NCBI GenBank assembly: GCA_035285865.1
Contig: JAYKHS010000011.1
Location: 128,172 to 192,171 of the forward strand
Source: Candidatus Sericytochromatia bacterium
GTDB lineage: Bacteria; Cyanobacteriota; Sericytochromatia; S15B-MN24; VGJW01
Length of the DNA: 64,000 nt
Direction: 5' to 3'
Part shown: positions 54,523 to 62,058 of the stretch, one piece after another
Layout: every line of letters starts with the position of its first letter
Position numbering within the stretch: the stretch's first letter is position 1
Translations under genes and position numbers: made by a program
Notes under the pieces: model-generated
What the model saw: the letters and a program-made list of their open reading frames with translations, nothing else
The model's database searches: none
What the model was told of the DNA's origin: nothing

Positions 54523-54915
54523 ATGCTACTGGAATTGATGATGGCACGGGGGCTGATGCGCGGCAGGGGTCATGACCCGTTGGATGATGTGGACGGGGAC
54601 CAGCGCGATGCTCAGGACGCAGGCATGCTGGCTGCCCTGCTGGACATGGAGCGGAATCAGACCATGCAGCGGGCACTTGACGACATCTCCCGGCTCTTGA
54701 AGGAATAGAACGACCTCCTCAAGGGCATGGCGGATCGCAATCAGGCTGTTCAAGGTGGGGGGCTCTCCTCGAGCATGGCCCTCGAGGCATTCAAGACCCT
54801 GGACAACGATCGGGATGGCAACGTCACCCGAGACGAACTCGATCGGCATCTGGGGTTCGCCGGCCGAGCACCCGGCCCACCCCGCCAGGGATCGGAGAAT
54901 GCGTCCGCAGCCTGA
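54523..54915 (+). pseudogene. EF-hand protein gene interrupted by an in-frame TAG at 54706-54708
   Basis: GGAGG plus ATG at 54523. The frame continues past the TAG (RLLKE*NDLLKGMADR) into the EF-hand loop DNDRDGNVTRDE. Confidence 0.6.
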
Positions 54916-54971
54916 GGCGACATGGGCAGTACCTCGGTCCCGGACCTGATAAATCCGGGACCGTGCCCCAT

Positions 54972-55622
54972 TCAGCGCAGGCCCACCAGCTTGTGCGTCT
55001 GCAGCGACAACCGCCATTGGGGATGCTGCAGACAATAAGTAATCGCATCCTGCAAATTGCGAGCAGCCGCGGGTCCATCCATCGGCTGAAGGAAAAGATG
55101 CGTGAAGGCCTGTTCGGCAAACCGTTCCGGCATGGCACCCTCCTGCGGGAACACCAGTTTGAGTTCGTCACCGCATGTCTGGACCAGTTCGGTCGTACCC
55201 TTGGGACTGACACACACCCAATCAAGGCCATCAGGCACCTGACGCGTACCGTTGGTTTCGATGGCAATGCGAAATCCCGCGGACTTGAGGGCCGAGATCA
55301 GAGGATCATCCAGTTGCAGCGTGGGTTCGCCCCCCGTGCAGACAACCCAGCGCGGGCCCGTCGAGGCACCCGTGCTGCGCCAGGATTCGGTCACCGCAGC
55401 CACGAGAGCATGGGCGTCATAGGTGCCCCCCCCAGGGCCATCCGTGCCGACGAAGTCCGTGTCGCAGAAGGAACAAGCCGCTCCGACCCGATCCGTCTCT
55501 CGCCCGGACCACAGGTTACACCCGGCAAACCTCAGGAAGACGGCCATGACCCCGGTCTGGGCCCCTTCCCCCTGCAAGGTGGGGTAGATCTCCTTGACTG
55601 CATAGCGCCGACGCTCGGTCAT
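54972..55622 (-). CDS. queE: 7-carboxy-7-deazaguanine synthase (radical SAM, Cx14CxxC variant)
   Basis: EIYPTLQGEG, RFAGCNLW..CSFCDT, TGGEP, ETNGT, SPK, LSLQTHK. Confidence 0.95.
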   Translation of the reverse strand: MTERRRYAVKEIYPTLQGEGAQTGVMAVFLRFAGCNLWSGRETDRVGAACSFCDTDFVGTDGPGGGTYDAHALVAAVTESWRSTGASTGPRWVVCTGGEPTLQLDDPLISALKSAGFRIAIETNGTRQVPDGLDWVCVSPKGTTELVQTCGDELKLVFPQEGAMPERFAEQAFTHLFLQPMDGPAAARNLQDAITYCLQHPQWRLSLQTHKLVGLR

Positions 55623-55672
55623 GTGGCCATGGTACGGCGCACGAGCCTGCTGCGACCAGCTCGGCCGCGCGA

Positions 55673-56932
55673 CTACTTGCCAACCTGACCGATGATCGAG
55701 AATACCGGCAGGTACATGGCGACGACGATCGAACCAACCAGGATGCCGATGGACCCCATCATAAGCGGCTCGAGCAGGCTGGTCAGTGACTTGATGGAAG
55801 CCTCCACCTCGCTGTCGAAGAAGTCGGCGACCTTCTCGAGCATGGAATCGATCTGACCCGTCTCCTCACCGACGGAGACCATCTGCGTGACCATCGGCGG
55901 GAAAATGTCCGCCTTCTCGAGCGGTCGGGAGATGCCTTCGCCCTCGCGCACGGCCTGACGGATATCCTCCATCGCACCCGAGATCACGGTATTGCCGGCA
56001 GAATCCCGCACGATCTCGAGCGCGGACAACAGCGGCACGCCCGAACGCAGCAGCGTCCCCAAGGTCCTGGTGAACCTGGCGACCGCCACCTTCTGGACCA
56101 GCGGACCAATGATCGGCAGCTGCAACTGGTACTTGTCGATCAGGTGACGACCCTGATCGGTCGCCGCGAACCGCTTGTACAAGAAGACGGAAATGGCAAT
56201 GAGACAGACCAGCGAGAGCCCCGCCGGTCCGCGTGCATTCTCGGACAGGTCGATCATGAACTGGGTGTAGGCCGGGAGCTTGGCGTTCATCTGCGCGAAC
56301 ATGTTGGAGAACACTGGCAAAATGAAGAGCAACATGCCCACGAAAATGCCAACGGCCATGATGCCGACGGCAATGGGGTAGGTCATCGCGGACTTCACCT
56401 GCCTGCGCAGCTTCGCGTTGGCCTCGTTGAAGGCCGCGATCCGCAAGAGCACTTCGTCGAGCACACCGCCCGCCTCGCCAGCGCGGACCATGCCGACGAA
56501 AAGATTGTCGAAGACATCCGGATGTTTGGCCATGGCGTCCGACAGTGCCGTACCCGCCTCGACCCGCATGCGGATGTCGTTGGCCACTTCGCCCAGACGC
56601 TGGCTGGTCGTCTGCTCGGCCATGATGGACAGTGCCCGGACCAGAGCGACGCCCGAGTTGATCATGGTCGCCAACTGTCGGGTGAAGATCGACAGATCCT
56701 CGAGCTTGACCTTGGGCTGCAGGAAGCTGAAATTCTTGAGGCGCTCGCTCAGGCTGGGACCGAGATCCGCCGCTTCCTCGCCCGTACCGTCCTTGGTGAC
56801 CCGTAAGGGCGTGACGATGATGTAGCCCATCTCACGCAGCTTTTCCCGAGCCTCCTCCGGAGAGTTTCCGGGCATGACCTTGATGAAGGACTTGCCGGAG
56901 TGGTCGCGGACCTTGCAGCTGTATTGCGGCAT
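55673..56932 (-). CDS. pilC: type IV pilus platform protein (T2SS F family)
   Basis: FTRQLATMINSG, GEAGGVL, SAMTYP, GEETG, LEP, AMYLP. Confidence 0.95.
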   Translation of the reverse strand: MPQYSCKVRDHSGKSFIKVMPGNSPEEAREKLREMGYIIVTPLRVTKDGTGEEAADLGPSLSERLKNFSFLQPKVKLEDLSIFTRQLATMINSGVALVRALSIMAEQTTSQRLGEVANDIRMRVEAGTALSDAMAKHPDVFDNLFVGMVRAGEAGGVLDEVLLRIAAFNEANAKLRRQVKSAMTYPIAVGIMAVGIFVGMLLFILPVFSNMFAQMNAKLPAYTQFMIDLSENARGPAGLSLVCLIAISVFLYKRFAATDQGRHLIDKYQLQLPIIGPLVQKVAVARFTRTLGTLLRSGVPLLSALEIVRDSAGNTVISGAMEDIRQAVREGEGISRPLEKADIFPPMVTQMVSVGEETGQIDSMLEKVADFFDSEVEASIKSLTSLLEPLMMGSIGILVGSIVVAMYLPVFSIIGQVGK

Positions 56933-56942
56933 CGACGTCTTC

Positions 56943-58049
56943 CTAGTGCGCCATCGACTGCGCCATGGATCCTGCCGGCGCAGCACCGATCATCCGGATC
57001 AGGTCATCTGGACGCGAGGTCTTGGCGATGGCGTCCTCATAGGCGATCTGCTTGTTGAGATAGAGGTCTCGCAGCGCGTTCTCCAACGTCTGCATTCCGT
57101 ACTTCTGACCGGTCTGGATGGACGAGTATATCTGCGCGGTCTTGCCTTCGCGGACCAGGTTCGCGATCGCAGGCGTGTTGATCATGATCTCGAGGGCCAT
57201 GCAGCGTCCCTTGCCGGCCTTGCCTGGCTCACCCATCTTAGGGACCAACGTCTGGGACAGCACGGCAACCAGCGAGTTCGAGATCTGCACGCGAATCTGC
57301 TGCTGCTGGTGGGGCGGGAAGACGTCGACGATACGGTCGACCGTCTGCATCGCCGAGCTGGTGTGAAGCGTGCCGAACACCAAGTGACCGGTTTCTGCCG
57401 CCGACATCGCGAGGCGAATCGTCTCGAGGTCGCGCATCTCACCAACCAGGATCACGTCGGGATCCTCTCGCAGGGCCGCACGAAGCGCGTTATCAAAGCT
57501 GCGCGTATCAGCCCCGAGCTCGCGCTGGTTGACGAGGCTCATCTTCGGCGTGTGCACGAACTCGATGGGGTCTTCGATGGTCAGGATATGTTCGGCTCGG
57601 GTAGCATTGATGTTGTCGATCATCGCAGCCAGCGTCGTCGACTTTCCGGAACCGGTCGGCCCGGTGACGAGGATGACACCGCGCGGTTTGTGCGTGAGCT
57701 CCCGGATGAGGGGCGGCAGGCCGAGGTCCTCGAATCGAGGCACCTTCGACTTGATCGTACGCAAGACGGCGGCAAAGGCGCCCTTGGAACGAAACGCGTT
57801 GACGCGGAACCTGCCCAACCCGACCACGCCGTAGGAACAGTCGAGTTCCAGCGTCTGCTCAAGGGTCTTGCGCTGGTCGTTCGAGAGGATCGAGAAGATC
57901 AGGCGCTGGGTATCCTCGGGGGTGAGCGGCTCATAGTCCGTGCGCACCAGTTTGCCGTTGATGCGGATGATGGGCGGCACACCGGAAGAGATATGCAGAT
58001 CGGACCCATCACGGTCGAAGGTAAGCTGGAGCAGTTCTTCCATGTACAC
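56943..58049 (-). CDS. pilT: type IV pilus retraction ATPase
   Basis: SDLHI, GPTGSGKSTT, TIEDPIE, LREDPD, AAETGHLV, AIANLVRE (AIRNLIRE-like). Confidence 0.96.
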   Translation of the reverse strand: MYMEELLQLTFDRDGSDLHISSGVPPIIRINGKLVRTDYEPLTPEDTQRLIFSILSNDQRKTLEQTLELDCSYGVVGLGRFRVNAFRSKGAFAAVLRTIKSKVPRFEDLGLPPLIRELTHKPRGVILVTGPTGSGKSTTLAAMIDNINATRAEHILTIEDPIEFVHTPKMSLVNQRELGADTRSFDNALRAALREDPDVILVGEMRDLETIRLAMSAAETGHLVFGTLHTSSAMQTVDRIVDVFPPHQQQQIRVQISNSLVAVLSQTLVPKMGEPGKAGKGRCMALEIMINTPAIANLVREGKTAQIYSSIQTGQKYGMQTLENALRDLYLNKQIAYEDAIAKTSRPDDLIRMIGAAPAGSMAQSMAH

Positions 58050-58093
58050 GGTGGCGGTCCTCCGAAGGGTTTCCCCTGATCAACGACTGACGT

Positions 58094-60007
58094 TCAGGCA
58101 GCAAGAATCGTCCCGCAATTGGGACAGCCCTTCCATCCTTCTTCCACCCTCTGATGGCACTGCGGGCACATCTTCTTGAGATCGATCTGGCAAAACGGGC
58201 ACTTGATGAACTCGTCCCCGACCGGGTTGCGGCAGCTCGGGCAGAGCTTCTCCTCACCTTCGCCGGAAAAGGTCACGCGGACGACCTCCTCGAGCGAGGT
58301 ATGGCCGTCGCGAACAAGCTTCAAGGAGTAATCCTTGAGCGTGACCATGCCGCTCTGCTTCGCGGCATACCGGATGAGCGCCGTCGAGGCACCGCGGCCA
58401 ACGAGATCGCGAAGTTCGTCGTTCATCTTCATGATCTCGTACACGCCCAGACGGCCCGAGTAGCCCTTGTTGCACTGGGGACAGCCCACGGCCTTGTAGA
58501 AGGTCGGCATGGCAGCCGGGTCATAGCGGTAACCGACGAAATCGAGGTCCCGGACCTCCGGGGTGTAGGGCACCTTGCAAGCCCCGCAAAGGCGCCGGAC
58601 AAGGCGTTGCGCGACCACACCGATGGTGGCTGCCGAGACGAGGAAACCCTCGACCCCCATCTCGGACAGGCGCATGATGGCCCCCGGGGCATCATTGGTA
58701 TGCAGCGACGTGAAGACGAGGTGCCCAGTCAGTGCGGATTCGATGGCGATCTTGGCGACCTCGTAGTCACGGGTCTCGCCGATGAGCATGATGTCGGGAT
58801 CCTGACGAAGGAACGCCTTGAGAATTCGGGCGAAGGTATAGCCGATCTCGGGACGGGCCTGACACTGGATGAGCCCGGGTGCGTCGTACTCGATGGGGTC
58901 TTCGGCCGTCGAGATATTGACATCAGGGGTGTTGCGCTCGTTCAGAATCGAATACAACGTCGTCGTCTTGCCGGAACCGGTCGGTCCCGTGACGAAGATG
59001 ATGCCGAACGGTCTGTTGGCCATCTCGCGAACCAGTTCGAGGTCTTCCGGATACAGGAAGAGTTTGTCTAGGCCCAGCGTGGTGCTGCCCTTGTCCAGGA
59101 TGCGCATGCAGACCTTCTCGCCGTGCTTCGACGGCAGAGTTGACACGCGGAAGTCTACATCCCGGTTCTTGAAGCGCACGCGAATCCGGCCATCCTGCGG
59201 CAAGCGCTTCTCCGAGATGTCCAGCGACGCCATGATCTTGAAGCGGCTCACCAACGCAGGAAGGAATTTCTTGGGGATGAGCGACTGCCTGTGCAGCAGG
59301 CCATCGATGCGATATCGGACCTGGACTTCGTTCTCGAAGGGTTCGATGTGGATGTCGGAGACCTTCTTGCCTCCGAGTGCCCCGGTCAGGATGGAGTTGG
59401 CAAGCTTGATGATGGGCGACTCCTCGCTCATCCGTTCCAAGTCGGTGACCTTGAGATTATCCTCCTTCTGCTCGATCATCTCGATGTCATCATCACCAGC
59501 AAGATCGCCCAGTACCGAAGCGATATCGGGCACGGCGCCGCCGGATCCCTGTGCAGCCACCTGCTCAGGAGATTCGCCCCTCATCTGGTCGAGGAACCAG
59601 AAAAACTCATCCTCGGTGATGACGACCTGCTGGATGGAGATGCCTTTGAGCATGAACCGAACATCATCGAGCGCGATGAGATTCTGCGGGTCCACCATGG
59701 CCAACTGGAGGCGGTTGTTGGTCAGCGAGATGGGCACGAGCATGTGCTGCCGGATCAAATTCTCCGGAATCAGTTTCAGGACCTCGGGTGGGACCTTGGT
59801 CTTGCGCAGGTTGATGTAGCGCAAACCATACTGGAGTTCCAGCGCATCCTTGATCGTGGCCTCGGTGACATAGCCCTGTTTGATCAGGATGAGGCCCAGC
59901 GACTCCTTGGAAGCCTTCTGGACCTCGACTGCCTGTGCGAGTTGCGCTTCGGTGATCGCATTCGCATTGAGCAGGATTTCCCCGAGCTTCATCTTGACGA
60001 TGGCCAA
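58094..60007 (-). CDS. pilB: type IV pilus assembly ATPase with N-terminal MshEN-like domain and C-terminal double zinc ribbon
   Basis: SDIHIEP, RLPQDGR, GPTGSGKTTT, LRQDPD, LHTNDA, internal tetra-Cys, tail with four CxxC. AGGAGG plus TTG. Confidence 0.95.
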   Translation of the reverse strand: MAIVKMKLGEILLNANAITEAQLAQAVEVQKASKESLGLILIKQGYVTEATIKDALELQYGLRYINLRKTKVPPEVLKLIPENLIRQHMLVPISLTNNRLQLAMVDPQNLIALDDVRFMLKGISIQQVVITEDEFFWFLDQMRGESPEQVAAQGSGGAVPDIASVLGDLAGDDDIEMIEQKEDNLKVTDLERMSEESPIIKLANSILTGALGGKKVSDIHIEPFENEVQVRYRIDGLLHRQSLIPKKFLPALVSRFKIMASLDISEKRLPQDGRIRVRFKNRDVDFRVSTLPSKHGEKVCMRILDKGSTTLGLDKLFLYPEDLELVREMANRPFGIIFVTGPTGSGKTTTLYSILNERNTPDVNISTAEDPIEYDAPGLIQCQARPEIGYTFARILKAFLRQDPDIMLIGETRDYEVAKIAIESALTGHLVFTSLHTNDAPGAIMRLSEMGVEGFLVSAATIGVVAQRLVRRLCGACKVPYTPEVRDLDFVGYRYDPAAMPTFYKAVGCPQCNKGYSGRLGVYEIMKMNDELRDLVGRGASTALIRYAAKQSGMVTLKDYSLKLVRDGHTSLEEVVRVTFSGEGEEKLCPSCRNPVGDEFIKCPFCQIDLKKMCPQCHQRVEEGWKGCPNCGTILAA

Positions 60008-60039
60008 GGCGTCCCACCCTCCTTAACAGCGAAACATGC

Positions 60040-60071
60040 AAAAGGTCCTGATGGGTAACTTACCCGCAGGA
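60040..60071 (-). terminator. possible weak terminator or attenuator between the Roadblock gene and pilB
   Basis: Minus strand TCCTG-C-GGGTAAGTTACCC-AT-CAGGA followed by CCTTTT. Confidence 0.35.
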
Positions 60072-60082
60072 AGCCCGTTGTC

Positions 60083-61951
60083 TCAATTGTCCCGGGTCGA
60101 GATGACTTCCCAGACTCCGCCGATGTCCAGCTCGGCAACGCCTTCGGCAAGGACAACCAATACCCCGATCTCCAAGCCCACGATCATCAGCGAACCCTCG
60201 CTGCAGTCCATCATGGCCCAGCCCAGCTTGCCAACCTGCATCTTGCGGACCTGCACCTCCAGGTTGGCGAACATCGACGAAGCGATGGCCCCCAGCATCT
60301 CGCGGTCGTGGTCGGTCGAGAGCTGAGCGGAGATGACCAGGCCGTCGCGCCCGACGATGAGGGCGCCAGAGGCGCCACGAACCGCCTGAATGCGTTGAAG
60401 CATCTGGTCCAACTCTTCACCGCGTGCCGTGGTGATGAGCCGAGTACGCCCGTCACCACCCTCGCCGCGGTCGATGATCTTCTTGAGTTGGTTCTGATCG
60501 ACCAGCATCTTGCCGACCGAAACCAGACCATCGGGTCTGGGTGCTTCGGGCACTCCGGACGGGGGGGCGGGCACCCCGGGAGGCGCCGACGGCGGCTCCG
60601 GAGGGGCGGGCGGGACAGAAGTCGGAGGTGCCTCGGGCACCACGGCCTCGAGGGGAGGCACAGAGGCCGGAGAGGCATCGACCGGGGGCTGCCAGACCTC
60701 ATCGACGGGCTGCTGCCAACCGGCATCGCCGCCCTCGACGGGTGCCTGCCAACCGGCATCGGCAGGGGGTTGCCAACCGGCATCGCCGCCCTCGACGGGA
60801 GGCTGCCAACCGGCATCGGCAGGGGGTTGCCAGCCGGCATCGCCGCCATCGACGGGAGCCTGCCAACCGGCATCGGCAGGGGGCTGCCAGGCGGCATCGC
60901 CGCCCTCGACGGGAGGCTGCCAACCGGCATCGGCAGGGGGTTGCCAGCCGGCATCGCCGCCATCGACGGGAGCCTGCCAACCAGCATCGGCAGCGGGCTG
61001 CCAGCCGGCATCGCCACCATCGGCAGGGGGCTGCCAAGAGGCATCGCCGCCCTCTGCGGGAGCCTGCCAGCCAGCATCGGCAGCGGGCTGCCAGCCGGAA
61101 GCGGCATCATCGGCCTGAGCTACCCAGCCCTGATCCGGGGCAGGATCCTGCGGCTGCCAACCTTCGACGACCGGGGCCTCAGCAGCGACCGGCGGCGTAT
61201 CGGCAGCACCGGGCAGCATGCCCATGAACTCGCCCATCAGATCGGCAGCGGGGGAGGATGCAGGAGTCTCGGGCTGTGCAACCGAAACACTCTGCTGCTG
61301 GTCGTGTGCTGGTGAGGCAGGGGGAGGATCCGCCTGAACAGGACGCGCAGGCTGCGGCTCGAAACTGTCGAAGAGGCTGTCCAGCGAGGCATCAACCCCT
61401 TCGGGGAAAAGCTTGTCCGAGTCGACGGCAGCAGCTTCAGGAGCAGGCTGAGCGTGTGGAGCTGCCGATGGCATCGCCATCTGAGGAGCGGAATCAGGGG
61501 CCTGCTCCCAGCTGCTCGAGGCTCCCCAGCCATCATCCGCGGCAGGCGCATCGGCCTGAGGTTCGGCAGCAGCACCACTCAACCAATCCTGTCCCGTAGG
61601 ACCGGCATCCGCCCACTCGGAAGCCGCGCCACCCTCCTGACTCTCGGCGGTCGCACCAGCGGTCCAGGCATCGCCGCCGTCGCCCCAGGACGAATCACTG
61701 CCCCACGAACTGTCTGCCGAGTCCCAGCCGGCTTCGGCTGCGAGCGAGGGCTCATCATCCGACCAACCCGCATCAGCCCCGGTGATGTCCGCCTCGGAGG
61801 CCTTGCGCTTCTTGCCCTTGGCAGGTTTGATCTTGCCCTTGCCGCCGGGCAGCAGGCGGGCGAGAAAGCCCATGAGGCCACCGGAGGCCGCCTTGGCGGA
61901 CTTGCCCTTGCCCTTGCCCTTCGTGCCGGCCTTGGAACGCTGCCTTGCCAT
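60083..61951 (-). CDS. Roadblock/LC7 (MglB-like) domain protein with a long acidic, Trp-repeat low-complexity region
   Basis: C-terminal LQRIQAVRGASGALIVGRDGLVI..LGAIASSMF..G.L Roadblock signature. GAGG RBS; co-oriented between pheT and pilB. Confidence 0.85.
   Translation of the reverse strand: MARQRSKAGTKGKGKGKSAKAASGGLMGFLARLLPGGKGKIKPAKGKKRKASEADITGADAGWSDDEPSLAAEAGWDSADSSWGSDSSWGDGGDAWTAGATAESQEGGAASEWADAGPTGQDWLSGAAAEPQADAPAADDGWGASSSWEQAPDSAPQMAMPSAAPHAQPAPEAAAVDSDKLFPEGVDASLDSLFDSFEPQPARPVQADPPPASPAHDQQQSVSVAQPETPASSPAADLMGEFMGMLPGAADTPPVAAEAPVVEGWQPQDPAPDQGWVAQADDAASGWQPAADAGWQAPAEGGDASWQPPADGGDAGWQPAADAGWQAPVDGGDAGWQPPADAGWQPPVEGGDAAWQPPADAGWQAPVDGGDAGWQPPADAGWQPPVEGGDAGWQPPADAGWQAPVEGGDAGWQQPVDEVWQPPVDASPASVPPLEAVVPEAPPTSVPPAPPEPPSAPPGVPAPPSGVPEAPRPDGLVSVGKMLVDQNQLKKIIDRGEGGDGRTRLITTARGEELDQMLQRIQAVRGASGALIVGRDGLVISAQLSTDHDREMLGAIASSMFANLEVQVRKMQVGKLGWAMMDCSEGSLMIVGLEIGVLVVLAEGVAELDIGGVWEVISTRDN
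60677..61018 (-). repeat. 57-bp (19-aa) coding tandem repeat x6, consensus GGDAGWQPPADAGWQ(P/A)PV(E/D)
   Basis: Six consecutive units read in both DNA and protein; partial units extend to about 61100. Confidence 0.92.
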
Positions 61952-62058
61952 GGGTCTTCCTCGAAAAACGTGACCTGACCGAGCCGAACGAGGTCAAGAC
62001 GACATGCTATGGTACCCGCCTGCCGTCGAATCTCACGCAAGAGGGCCGATGCACCCGA

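Noticed and set aside
42261..54915. Calcium-handling cluster (Na/Ca antiporter, P2 ATPase, EF-hand)
   Set aside because: Genes are several kb apart in separate transcription units with unrelated genes between them.
60008..60082. Riboswitch upstream of pilB
   Set aside because: Only one hairpin and no recognisable aptamer consensus.
60677..61018. Possible CRISPR array
   Set aside because: Units are contiguous, in-frame coding repeats without unique spacers, and no cas genes are present.
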